Positions 42,401 to 50,856 of a stretch of 64,000 nt of DNA are shown piece after piece. The stretch covers positions 27,483 to 91,482 of IMG/VR virus record IMGVR_UViG_3300050821_004371; one strand, given 5' to 3'. Source of the stretch: a virus. Each line of letters opens with the position of its first letter. Positions within the stretch are counted from its first letter, which is position 1. Made by a program: the position numbers and the translations under genes. Below the pieces are notes generated by a model that saw nothing but the letters and a program-made list of their open reading frames with translations, did no database searches and was not told the DNA's origin.

Positions 42401-43251
42401 GTAACATTGCCCGTATCCGACGCCGAAGCGTAATCTACGTGCAGGGTATTCAAGAGCTTCGCGGTTACGGTTGAGCCGCCCGCAGTCAAGACTTCCCAAG
42501 TAACGCCGTTCAACCAAGTCGCGTTCGTGAAGTTCCAAACAACGTAATTGTCGCCAACTGTAATGCCCGCAGTCGATCCAACGGTCAAAGTCAGCGTATT
42601 CGTGGATTCCACGTACGCAACGTTTGAAACCGTGGTAACGGCGGTCGCCAGCAATTCCTCGATATTCCCGTTCGTGTCGATCAGGTACGTTGAGATAAAC
42701 GGAGTTGATGCGGCGGACAACGTTACGTTATCTCCGATATTCGGCAGGCCCGCAGAACTATTAGTGCGGGTAAATAGACTTTGAACGTACTTCTTCTGGT
42801 CTATGCCATCGCCGAAAAACAGCGTGTTGCCGACCGACTGAAAGAAAGTCTGCCCGCTGCCCGGAGATTTCGTAAAAATTGAAATCTTCTGGTTGTTCGA
42901 GACATCGTAGACATTTGTAGCCGTGTCCGCGAGGACCTGGATATCTTCATTCGTAGGCCCGAACATCCGGAAGGCGTAGAAGGCGTCAATCGCGGAAAAA
43001 ATATTCGAGTTGTAAACTGAGTTTCCGGGCCTTCGGGCAAGCGTCAGCTTCGGCGTGATCTCACAATTGGACCCGTCAATCAGAGCGTCGGATTGCCCGC
43101 CAATATATCGCTCTACATAGGCGCTGGCCGAGCTTCGCAGAGGCGACCGCTGAGAAACCAAGCCCACTACCCAGCGGCCTTGGAACAGCGGGGAGTAGCG
43201 CGGTTGCTTGTTACTCGGAGACCCGCCCGATAATTGTAGGCTTCCTGCCAT
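39481..43251 (-). CDS. tail tubular protein B/nozzle-like protein with inserted PA14-like domain
   Basis: NCEITPKLTLARRPG N-terminus; GTLTIPTAGQYSFTIFHDDG...AGDYPFEIDF PA14-like core. Confidence 0.6.
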   Translation of the reverse strand: MAGSLQLSGGSPSNKQPRYSPLFQGRWVVGLVSQRSPLRSSASAYVERYIGGQSDALIDGSNCEITPKLTLARRPGNSVYNSNIFSAIDAFYAFRMFGPTNEDIQVLADTATNVYDVSNNQKISIFTKSPGSGQTFFQSVGNTLFFGDGIDQKKYVQSLFTRTNSSAGLPNIGDNVTLSAASTPFISTYLIDTNGNIEELLATAVTTVSNVAYVESTNTLTLTVGSTAGITVGDNYVVWNFTNATWLNGVTWEVLTAGGSTVTAKLLNTLHVDYASASDTGNVTDAQGGVPVTGGSVPSWNTQVPSSANDFQGGITIDGTAVWSNRGLPIENWGIAAGTTSPNVVVGTSTSAWKATTFFSLSGAVVDTQFAGQTNIWQVTVAGKSGFSNPFTSNPVSGTITVIDGGVTWKCVASTFSGDSSWSASTTFAADHLIVANASGTPSLFQLQPNPFPVYKLVAGVYVTANFYPHNGAFSGQCELRNPVDGTNNPGVAPYTLQATANGSSVLFNPPQQNNAGHTSPLQWATLDAAGDITGFTTPYAGATPGNYTLSTFGTLTIPTAGQYSFTIFHDDGMFWGIGPSGTNQPTRISGPTNCPAPNATLTALQSYPVMGANNVSGQFQDVFVINFPAAGDYPFEIDFAKSSSTGQFLDLYCNGQTPIPGTPETGTTQPIWPAFSTAFAPNYATVSEMNSAGIGVLGPGSFSGGSGPGPLSWANLGPITDSVWTASVNYTLPDTTITDPNNNTEGPFRAGVSGTTTPTFATGINQLTLDNPNLIWINLGPASAPAPGTISAFNGGFIYYVALVNSATDTVSNASPASTVTGNFIGAAGVQVTGGLPPLANIDPQSDYVAIFRTTDGLAVPFLIPGTTNAIWTVPLPDYLVNGYFDDTPDTGLNNLIEGPIEGENTPPALGAINLTLYLQRIFYSIGNTVFYTSGPDAPVGNGFEGTAPDNFQELPSKVTRLVPTIVGLFIFTVSDIYLIANTGGTIPPAVTYAQGLGLLNYNALDVFGSSVGFFASDSTFNTLDISSGPSETGFNIGNLLQVAPWDPNTAYVTWHSSGEDKAWFLSDGTTGWYRIGVTPSPEQGVTVSPFATIVNGAQAVQSIETSPGVHQLLVGPATSGPILARNLTEFQDGGNSYPWYATVGSIVLVNPGQLAEVAFITTEANAIGSRPSVSVILDEAFPTYTGPFENIPEWVEDPPTLPPSTSIYAQRWYLSLTQDPAVCRHMQIRVDLPAENEKNELWGFTVYGAILAES

Positions 43252-43254
43252 CTA

Positions 43255-43283
43255 TTGACAATCCTGTCCGTTTTCCGTATAAT
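43255..43283 (+). promoter_or_regulatory. perfect sigma70 promoter overlapped by the 13-bp motif
   Basis: TTGACA-17nt-TATAAT; TCCGTTTTCCGTA 43267-43279. Confidence 0.85.
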
Positions 43284-43289
43284 TTGGGA

Positions 43290-43493
43290 ATGAAACGATA
43301 TCTGCAATTGCGCGGCACGGTTGACATGCTAGATCGGGCGATAGCGCACGTAATCTTCAATCCGTGGTTTCCCGATTGGTATTATCCACTGATTGATAAG
43401 GGCGGGCACCACACCGCCGTACAAGATGCCCTAGATATTCTCAACGAATCTTGGCGGGCTGTTCGTGCGGAGCGGGATGAACTCACTCGTTAA
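43290..43493 (+). CDS. small moron-like hypothetical protein, probably leaderless
   Basis: ATG at the 7th nt after TATAAT; opposite strand to the structural operon. Confidence 0.6.
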   Translation: MKRYLQLRGTVDMLDRAIAHVIFNPWFPDWYYPLIDKGGHHTAVQDALDILNESWRAVRAERDELTR

Positions 43494-44389
43494 ATCTGCC
43501 GATGCTGGATGCCCTGCTGAAGAGTCATCTGACGCCCGATAGGATCAAGCGAAATCGCGTTGAAGTTGGTTAAGAAAATGTCGATCTCCGTGGCAGACAA
43601 ACCTTCTGCCGCGCCGAGCAAACCCGCAATAAATCTCTGGCGGGTTGGGGCCCATCTTGAATCGTCGCTAAATTCGTAAGCGAAGCTCAAAAACCCGAGT
43701 TGATAGACGTATCCAAAACTATCGGGCAACGGTGCCCACGTCTGGGCCAAACTAGAAACTGTTGGCGCTTCCTGTTGTAGCGTAATCGCTACGGGGTACG
43801 CCTTGTCAGGTACGGGCATGAGCCTGAACAAAACGCCGAGGCTGCCCGGAAGTTCAGCGGCAATATTCTGCGGGCGGCTCGTAGCGGCATCCAGCGCGAG
43901 ATCGACTTTGTTTGAAATCTGAATCCATTTACTGGATACCGGGTCTTGGACGCTCGCATTCTCAATCCAGCCAAAACTGAAGCTCGAAACCGCATTCGGA
44001 ATCGGGCCTTGGTTCGTCCAAGTCACTCCGTTATCCGTAGTTGTTCCGCCCTTGGTGATATTCCATCCGGGGATCGTGGCGTTCGTAGTGCCCGCAACTG
44101 TGACGACTTGCGAGTTTCCGTTGCTGTCGATAAGCTGGACGCCCGCAGACAATGTTTGACTCGCGGGCCACGAGTAGAGCAGAAGGTAGTCTTGGGTTCC
44201 GGGCGTGGCGAAAAAGCCCGTAATCGCCCGATTAAATTGCCAGCGGAAGGGCTTTCCCAAGATTGTTTGCATGACGGTATTAGCGTTCGTGATCGCGGGT
44301 TCTTTAGGACTGCCGATAGAAAGCTGTCGATTGAAGCAAAATCTTTTGCTCCACTCGACACTAGACAAAATTGTTTTCGTAGACGCCAT
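43490..44389 (-). CDS. head-tail adaptor/tail tubular protein A-like
   Basis: ANTVMQTIL..PFRWQFNR; FRLMPVPDKAY; LPDSF. Confidence 0.55.
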   Translation of the reverse strand: MASTKTILSSVEWSKRFCFNRQLSIGSPKEPAITNANTVMQTILGKPFRWQFNRAITGFFATPGTQDYLLLYSWPASQTLSAGVQLIDSNGNSQVVTVAGTTNATIPGWNITKGGTTTDNGVTWTNQGPIPNAVSSFSFGWIENASVQDPVSSKWIQISNKVDLALDAATSRPQNIAAELPGSLGVLFRLMPVPDKAYPVAITLQQEAPTVSSLAQTWAPLPDSFGYVYQLGFLSFAYEFSDDSRWAPTRQRFIAGLLGAAEGLSATEIDIFLTNFNAISLDPIGRQMTLQQGIQHRQI

Positions 44390-44392
44390 ATT

Positions 44393-45697
44393 TTAGTAGT
44401 AAAAAGGCCAACCCGGATAAGGTGCCGCAGGCCCGAGCCAGATCGATCCTACACCCGACTCCATTATGGGCTCGGAGGGCACGAAGCCGAAGTCATCTTG
44501 CTCGCGATTTGCGAACTTGAAAGAGTCTTCGAGCGCCTTCAACCAGAGATTCCACTCCTGCGAAAATCTGGCCCGAATTTTTGCATCTGGGTTTCTGCGG
44601 TATGCTTGCGCTATGCAGCCGTCAACAAACGTCTGGTAGTAATCATCGGGAATAATTCCGAGACTCTGGGTCAGTGTTGTGAATTGCGTAATCCGCTGTT
44701 GCCCCACGCAGTTTATCGTCCAGACTTGGCCCTGCTGTGGAGGAATCGGGTTAAGGCGAATTGCCTGCCCGTTAGGATTGATTGCCGTCCAGACAACGGT
44801 TCCGTCGATGACGGTCGTAGCCACGGTATTCGGGCTAGTCAACGTCGGATAAGTCTGGTTTATAAATACGGTTCCAGTGTCGGCGGGGTTGCTGTAATTT
44901 GCATTTACAAATGCGGCGGTAAATCCGGTTTGATTCGGGCTAGTTCCGACAACGGAGGCCACCGTTACAGACTGCCCGTTTAGGAATGACTCGGCAGTTC
45001 CCTGGAGCAACACGCTCTGCCCAATTTGAACTGAATTCGGGCAAGTAACAGTCAGAACATTTCCGGTAATCGAAGTCGCTGTGATACTCAACGCGAACGG
45101 GTTGAACGTTCCGCAGGTTCCGTAAGCTGTAAGTGCCCAAAGCCCGCCGTTCGGGTCCTCAATCGCGGTCGAGGCGTTTGAAGGTTGGGTCAGTACGGTT
45201 AACGGATTAATATAAACTACGCCGGGACCCGGATTATTTTGCCCGGTCGCTGTTTGAAGTTCGGTATCTCCCCAAGTTCCAGTTTGCGCCGTGCTGTTGG
45301 GTATCCAGCACACTTTGCCCGGATATCCGCATTGCTGGTACGTTACGAGCAAGTCCTTATGGCATTCCAGCGGAATCTTTGGCTTCGGTTGAGAAGTATT
45401 TGTGAAGCAGATTCCCCACGCGCTTTCGAGCCACGCGAGTTGTACGAGGCTCGGAATAAAATAATCCTGTTGCCACGAAATCGTCGGAAACGGGGTAATG
45501 TTAAACCGATTCCATTTCCAGTTCATTGGCTGCCCGTTAGCTCCGCCCAAAAGCATCGCAGACAGTACTTGGTTGGCTAGCTGGATCATGGGCTGCTGCG
45601 AGAATCCGCCCGTAGCTAGCGCAGGCGCAGTATCGCCGTTCGCCGAGATAATATCCGCGACCGACTGTAGGTCGTACGAGCTATTGTTAACGGGCAT
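44393..45697 (-). CDS. head-tail adaptor-like protein (paralog of neighbour)
   Basis: ANQVLSAML...NWKWNR; IRLNPIP; IPDDY. Confidence 0.55.
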   Translation of the reverse strand: MPVNNSSYDLQSVADIISANGDTAPALATGGFSQQPMIQLANQVLSAMLLGGANGQPMNWKWNRFNITPFPTISWQQDYFIPSLVQLAWLESAWGICFTNTSQPKPKIPLECHKDLLVTYQQCGYPGKVCWIPNSTAQTGTWGDTELQTATGQNNPGPGVVYINPLTVLTQPSNASTAIEDPNGGLWALTAYGTCGTFNPFALSITATSITGNVLTVTCPNSVQIGQSVLLQGTAESFLNGQSVTVASVVGTSPNQTGFTAAFVNANYSNPADTGTVFINQTYPTLTSPNTVATTVIDGTVVWTAINPNGQAIRLNPIPPQQGQVWTINCVGQQRITQFTTLTQSLGIIPDDYYQTFVDGCIAQAYRRNPDAKIRARFSQEWNLWLKALEDSFKFANREQDDFGFVPSEPIMESGVGSIWLGPAAPYPGWPFYY

Positions 45698-46018
45698 CTA
45701 TTTCCCACCCAGAAGTTTCTTCCAAGCTAATCCGCCCTGAATGTGTTTAATCCCATAGAGTACGGGCGAAATGCACGCACCATAAGCCAGCGGTACGTTA
45801 TGGAAAACGGTCGCGCACAATATTGCGGGCAACGAGCAGAGCCCGAGTAGAAGATTGTCTCGGAGATACAGGGCGACCGCGCTAGGTTTCTTGCCTACGA
45901 GCCAATCAAAACCTTCAACGGCCACGCCCGCCTTCAGACCCTTTTCGGTCATGGTAGCGTCGTAGATTCCGCAGGCTTCGCAGAAGGCAACCGAGATTAG
46001 GATTACGATGAAGATCAT
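45698..46018 (-). CDS. membrane protein
   Basis: hydrophobic segments. Confidence 0.5.
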   Translation of the reverse strand: MIFIVILISVAFCEACGIYDATMTEKGLKAGVAVEGFDWLVGKKPSAVALYLRDNLLLGLCSLPAILCATVFHNVPLAYGACISPVLYGIKHIQGGLAWKKLLGGK

Positions 46019-46053
46019 ATTTGTCCGTTTTCCGTATCGGGCGAAGCCCGTGA

Positions 46054-46230
46054 CTACTTATTTCCCTTGAACACCGCGAGCCCCGCACCGATCACAAGCT
46101 GACCTTCGTCTTTGTTTCCATGCAGACACATCAACGCCCCCAAACCAACCATCAGGATCGCGTGGATATCGGCCCGGATCGCGAGGTCAACAAACTTCTG
46201 TATCTTATCGAGTTTTTCATCCCAGCTCAT
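46054..46230 (-). CDS. 58-aa membrane protein not in ORF track (holin candidate)
   Basis: MSWDEKLDKIQKFVDLAIRADIHAILMVGLGALMCLHGNKDEGQLVIGAGLAVFKGNK. Confidence 0.35.
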   Translation of the reverse strand: MSWDEKLDKIQKFVDLAIRADIHAILMVGLGALMCLHGNKDEGQLVIGAGLAVFKGNK

Positions 46231-46260
46231 AAGTCTCTTGTTTCCAGTAAAATTTAGGGC

Positions 46261-46289
46261 TTGACACGGGCGTCCGTTTTTCGTATTAT
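46261..46289 (+). promoter_or_regulatory. sigma70 promoter with motif variant in spacer
   Basis: TTGACA-17nt-TATTAT; TCCGTTTTTCGTA in spacer. Confidence 0.75.
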
Positions 46290-46305
46290 GTAGCTAGGAG
46301 GAACT

Positions 46306-46785
46306 ATGAAAAAACTTTTCGGTGTTGTGTGTATTCTACTCTTGTCGGCCATCGCGATGGCGCAGACCGACGCAACGGGCGCGGGCGGGTCCTTGGCTTC
46401 GGGCTTCAGTAACAAAGCTTTGTCTGGAACGTCTGTTATCGCCTTTTACAATAACGGAGACGTATCCCCGGCGATGGGAACCGTAAACATTCAGACACCC
46501 GCGCTGGCTAGCGGAACTCTATCGGCGGGCGGCACTTTTGCTGCGGGTGGCTCTTTCATCGTGCAAATTACGAGTGTTCCGCAAACGTTCAATGGGACAT
46601 TCAATTCCGCTACTTGGTCAAAAATAACGCTCGCAAACGGGACGCACAGTTATACTTTAACGGGCACCCTGACGGACGTTGTAACGGGGGAAACCGGGGC
46701 CTTTGTGCTCCTTACCAACAACATAGGATCAGGCAATTTCAACGCCGTGATTTCTATTTCTTCTTTCTCCGTTTCGATGAACTAG
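46306..46785 (+). CDS. secreted beta-rich protein (moron)
   Basis: signal peptide MKKLFGVVCILLLSAIAMA; AGGAGG RBS; own promoter. Confidence 0.7.
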   Translation: MKKLFGVVCILLLSAIAMAQTDATGAGGSLASGFSNKALSGTSVIAFYNNGDVSPAMGTVNIQTPALASGTLSAGGTFAAGGSFIVQITSVPQTFNGTFNSATWSKITLANGTHSYTLTGTLTDVVTGETGAFVLLTNNIGSGNFNAVISISSFSVSMN

Positions 46786-47594
46786 GAAATCTTAGATTCA
46801 AGCTCGGCGACCTTGGCGGATAATTGTTTAACTGCGTTTATGAGGGCGGAAATAACTGGGCGGTCGTTGACCGTAAGCCACTTTCCGTCCTCTATCCCTA
46901 CAGCCTCGGGGATTGCTTCTTGAAGATTTTGAGCAATAAGACCCACTTGCTCATCTTCTGGGGAAAACCCCGTTTTCTTTTGTCCTTCTTCGTTCCACCT
47001 GTATAACTTGGGATTTAGTTTCTCAATTGCTTCTAGCCCGCGCTCAAAGGGCTTGATATCGGTTTTCAGACGCTCGTCCGACGTTCCAGTGAACGTGACC
47101 GCAACGCCACCCGTAATTTTCAGGGCGGTGATTTGCGCTCCAGTGAACGGCCCCGCAGACGGCGGAGTCCCCCCATTGTAGCTGGATAATACGCCGTCGA
47201 TTTGTACACCCGCTCCGCCGTCGTTCAATACAATTCCGGGGGAGTCGAATCCCGTAGCGTTTATATGAATATTGCCGGAGTCTCCGCCGATTACTATAGA
47301 AGGATTGCTTCCTCCGCCATCGGTAGCGCCTTGAAGAGTCCACTGAGACGGGTCGGTCGCCCCCGTCGCCCAAATCATGTTGGCTCCCGAAGCGGGAGTA
47401 AACGTAATCGTTCCTGCGGGCAAATTTACCGCGTTCGGGAGAGTGACCGTACCCGTGAAAGTCGGGGACGAAGCAAAACCGGGATTAGGATAGGTTCCCG
47501 AGAGAACGCCGCCAGCGGGCCCGCTCGGAGCACCACCCCCGCCGCCGCTCCCGGAAGAAGAAATTACAGGAAGAAGATATTTTTTGTTAGCCAT
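46782..47594 (-). CDS. tail fibre/spike with C-terminal intramolecular chaperone (Peptidase S74)
   Basis: SDERLKTDI...LEAIEKLNPKLYRW...GLIAQ...PEAV...LINAVKQL. Confidence 0.85.
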   Translation of the reverse strand: MANKKYLLPVISSSGSGGGGGAPSGPAGGVLSGTYPNPGFASSPTFTGTVTLPNAVNLPAGTITFTPASGANMIWATGATDPSQWTLQGATDGGGSNPSIVIGGDSGNIHINATGFDSPGIVLNDGGAGVQIDGVLSSYNGGTPPSAGPFTGAQITALKITGGVAVTFTGTSDERLKTDIKPFERGLEAIEKLNPKLYRWNEEGQKKTGFSPEDEQVGLIAQNLQEAIPEAVGIEDGKWLTVNDRPVISALINAVKQLSAKVAELESKIS

Positions 47595-47860
47595 TAGTTT
47601 GTGCTCAACCAACCCACTACATCGGACCCGCCACTTGTGATCCCGTACAGTGCTCCCGTAGTTGCTAGACTGAGACTGCTCCCCGCTGCTATCGGAATTC
47701 CTGTAGATATGGTAACGGTGTTGTTTTCCCCGATGTAAACAGTGTTAGCCCCCGAGTTTACTAGGACGATCCCGGAACGGGACGGATACGCGGGCACGAT
47801 TTGGGAGGCGGCCCCCGTAAGAATGGCCTGTCCCGTTGTTATGGAAGAATATTGAAACAT
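47594..47860 (-). CDS. small virion protein
   Basis: 88 aa; paralog at 52701-52432. Confidence 0.6.
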   Translation of the reverse strand: MFQYSSITTGQAILTGAASQIVPAYPSRSGIVLVNSGANTVYIGENNTVTISTGIPIAAGSSLSLATTGALYGITSGGSDVVGWLSTN

Positions 47861-47884
47861 GAAATCTCCTGTACGGAAAACGGA

Positions 47885-48298
47885 TTAAAGCTGGGTCCAA
47901 GGTACGACCGAACCGGGGAGAAGGCCGCCGCTCACCGCGACAAAACCTTCTGCTGAGTTCCTATCGGCCAAAAGACTTGTCACGAACGGGGCCAGAGTGC
48001 CTGAAGGAATGATCGTCGCCTGAAGAACGCCATTCAAAAGCCATTGCCCGAAAGTCTGCGTTCCGGTAGTCGGGCCTACGTATACGCTGACAACAATGTT
48101 TTGACTAGGCGGATTCTGGGAGTACGGGCCGACGTTTAGGTTTGACGGGCTCCCCGTGAGCGTGCCGATTTTGAAAGTATACGTAAGCATGCGGGCAAGA
48201 TAGTCCATTGAAGAACTTGTGCACGCCCCGATAGTATCGTCTTCCACGACCGACCCGTTCACATTTACTACGTACGGCGTTGTCAAAGTGATACTCAT
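47885..48298 (-). CDS. virion-associated hypothetical protein
   Basis: 137-aa ORF in tail module. Confidence 0.5.
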   Translation of the reverse strand: MSITLTTPYVVNVNGSVVEDDTIGACTSSSMDYLARMLTYTFKIGTLTGSPSNLNVGPYSQNPPSQNIVVSVYVGPTTGTQTFGQWLLNGVLQATIIPSGTLAPFVTSLLADRNSAEGFVAVSGGLLPGSVVPWTQL

Positions 48299-50001
48299 AT
48301 TTCAATTAATCCCGGCGGGCGGTAGCCCGATTTAAGCGAAACGAGATGAGCGATTGTCCAGCAGATTTGCCGTTCGTCTTTTTCGGTCGTGTATAATCTT
48401 GTTGCCTGAAATCTTACGGGCGTCTCGATAAATTTACTCCAGCCCTTATTCGTGTAATAAAGAAACGAATTTTCGTTCCAGAATGACCTATGCCTCGGGT
48501 CCTGGAAAGCGCCTCGCCCGTCGCTCGAAGGAACAGTCAGGAACGCCATTCCCCCAGGGGCCAGAACTCGGGATATTTCTTTCATCACCCGAATCGGATC
48601 AGCAGCCATACAAAGCGAAGTTGAACGAATAACTCCCGCAGAACTTTCGGGCAACATCGGGAGGATATTTAGATCGTCAACTACCGCCAGCCCGTTAAGG
48701 TTTGCCCAGCGGGCCGCCAGTCTTTCAATGTACTGGTCGTAAACCTTGTAAACCCCGTCCTGAATGTCCTTATTAAACCGCAGCCAAGAATTATTCCCGT
48801 GGACGCGGTAGACGTAAAGTGGCTTGTCGATGTGCTTGAACTTCGTAGCCAAATACGCCCGACAAATAATATCCGAGTCGTCCAGAATCTTCATGGACTT
48901 GTCATAGCCGCCGATCTGGTGATACACGCTTCTACGAAATGCCCGAAGGTGATCCGGCGCGTACCAGATTCTTGATACGGCTTCGGGCGTCGGCGGGAAG
49001 CTCACGCACTCGTCCAAAGTCTTGCCCGCGTATTCTACTTCCCGGAATTTCCAGCCGTAGATTTCGTCGTAGCGCGGAAACTTCTCAAGGTCGCCCGTAG
49101 TATGAATCGCGTTCGAATATACAAATCCAATTTCCGGATCGGCGAACGCTTTCTGGACTTCTGAGATCGCATCGGGCAACAGGAGGTCGTCGCAATCAAG
49201 TTCCAGCAGGATATCGCCCGTAGCTTGCTCGCAGGCGTACGCTTTTAGCGTACCTACCTTTTCAGGCGCTTTGTACAAGACTCGGGATTTTACCCGAGGA
49301 TCGTTGAACTCCAGCGGAACAGCCCCGTTGTTCCATACGATTATCCATTCCCAAAAATCCTGATTCTTGATCGACTCGTACACTTGCGGTAAGTAAGACG
49401 AATCGTGTACTGGCGTGTAGATCGACACCCGATTGCCCGTTGTGACTTCAACGTTCTCTGCCGAATGTGGTGCGATGATTAACGGGCGGCTATCGGACAA
49501 TGCTTGGTACGGATGCTGCTTTAGAAGTTGCTCAACGAACACCCCGTCTGCGTCGTACTGATTCAAATCGGGCCACGGGCCGAGGTCGCGGCGGACCAAG
49601 ATGCTGCCAGAATCCGTTTTCCGTATTCCGGGCGGGTCGTTGAAGAATCGCCCGCCAAAACGCGTCATCGGGAAAATCGCCCAAGGCTCGGTAACTACCT
49701 TCAGGTCTTCGAGAACGTTTGGATCGGCGAGAAAATTGTCGTCGTCCAAGCGGAGCACGTAATCGCCCTTGGCGAGTGCCCAAGCCTGATGGGTACAAGT
49801 ATGCCCCCAATTATTGTGAGGCTTTTCGCATCGGACAACCGTTCTCTGCGGGTGCGCGATCTTCGCGATTGTGTCGTCGGAGATTTCGCTATCGACTACG
49901 ACGATATGCTCGAAATCTTTGCAGGTTTGGCTGTCAACCGAAGCGCACGCCCGAAGCAAGCACGGACGCAATATTGTTGGCGTCAGAATCGTAAACTTCA
50001 T
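48295..50001 (-). CDS. tandem GT2 glycosyltransferase with C-terminal methyltransferase-like region
   Basis: FTILTPT...RLDDD; VSIYTPVH...ELDCDD...IGGYD; EISRVLAPGG. Confidence 0.8.
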   Translation of the reverse strand: MKFTILTPTILRPCLLRACASVDSQTCKDFEHIVVVDSEISDDTIAKIAHPQRTVVRCEKPHNNWGHTCTHQAWALAKGDYVLRLDDDNFLADPNVLEDLKVVTEPWAIFPMTRFGGRFFNDPPGIRKTDSGSILVRRDLGPWPDLNQYDADGVFVEQLLKQHPYQALSDSRPLIIAPHSAENVEVTTGNRVSIYTPVHDSSYLPQVYESIKNQDFWEWIIVWNNGAVPLEFNDPRVKSRVLYKAPEKVGTLKAYACEQATGDILLELDCDDLLLPDAISEVQKAFADPEIGFVYSNAIHTTGDLEKFPRYDEIYGWKFREVEYAGKTLDECVSFPPTPEAVSRIWYAPDHLRAFRRSVYHQIGGYDKSMKILDDSDIICRAYLATKFKHIDKPLYVYRVHGNNSWLRFNKDIQDGVYKVYDQYIERLAARWANLNGLAVVDDLNILPMLPESSAGVIRSTSLCMAADPIRVMKEISRVLAPGGMAFLTVPSSDGRGAFQDPRHRSFWNENSFLYYTNKGWSKFIETPVRFQATRLYTTEKDERQICWTIAHLVSLKSGYRPPGLIEI

Positions 50002-50023
50002 GTCTTTTTCGTTCCTAGTGTCT

Positions 50024-50848
50024 TTAAGAAAGTCGTTCTAATCTGAGATACGAATTCGCAAGCACAGCAGGCGTTATCGTTGCCTGCGTGCCTTTTACCT
50101 GAACCCCGAATACGCTGCCCGCAACGGCGTTCGTGGTAAATATTCCTTCGGCGGTCATCCACGAGCTACCGACTACGCCGCACATTTGCGGGCCTTGGAT
50201 GCCGAAGCCCGTAGCAACATAACTTTGATGGCCCGAGCCTACTGCAACCGTTCCTTGCGGGCCGCCAGCAACTTTGGCGAGAATTGCTGCGCCTTGCGAC
50301 GCTCCGCTTTGCGTACACTGAAGCCCGAACTGATAGCCTTGGATTCCTACGCCCTGAACTCCGAGAAGAATCTCGAATTTATATGTCGCATTGGCGGCCA
50401 AGCCCGTAACTTGGCAACCTTGAACTGAAGTCGGAGTTTGAGCCGTGCAGCTAAACTGTGTTCCTTGAATTGCGTATACGGGCGGCCCTTGAACTCCGGA
50501 AAACGGACTGGAACCTTGAGTTCCTTGGGGACCTTGACTGCCATTACTACCAGAACTACCTTGTGGGCCTTGGCTTCCCGTATTACCAGAATTTCCCGTG
50601 GTTCCGGTCGCGCCCTGCGGACCTTGCACGCCCGTTGATCCGTTACTACCCGTCGGCCCTTGCGGGCCCTGCGAACCGGAGGCTGTGGAAACCCACTGCG
50701 TTCCGCCCGCAATCGAACTCAAAACTTGGCCGGGAGTTCCCAGATTTCCGTGACTATCTTGAACGCCCGAAGTAGGAGGCCCGAGATCGGACGGCATCGT
50801 AGGAACCGTCATCGAACAATAATCGCCAAGTTGATACGTTTTTGTCAT
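50024..50848 (-). CDS. collagen-like repeat virion protein
   Basis: G-X-Y (GPQ/GSQ/GTQ) run. Confidence 0.75.
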   Translation of the reverse strand: MTKTYQLGDYCSMTVPTMPSDLGPPTSGVQDSHGNLGTPGQVLSSIAGGTQWVSTASGSQGPQGPTGSNGSTGVQGPQGATGTTGNSGNTGSQGPQGSSGSNGSQGPQGTQGSSPFSGVQGPPVYAIQGTQFSCTAQTPTSVQGCQVTGLAANATYKFEILLGVQGVGIQGYQFGLQCTQSGASQGAAILAKVAGGPQGTVAVGSGHQSYVATGFGIQGPQMCGVVGSSWMTAEGIFTTNAVAGSVFGVQVKGTQATITPAVLANSYLRLERLS

Positions 50849-50856
50849 TCGTTATT

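Noticed and set aside
43946-44983. Long + strand ORF (345 aa) and similar antisense ORFs
   Set aside because: These are antisense shadows of well-supported structural genes, with no motifs or RBS.
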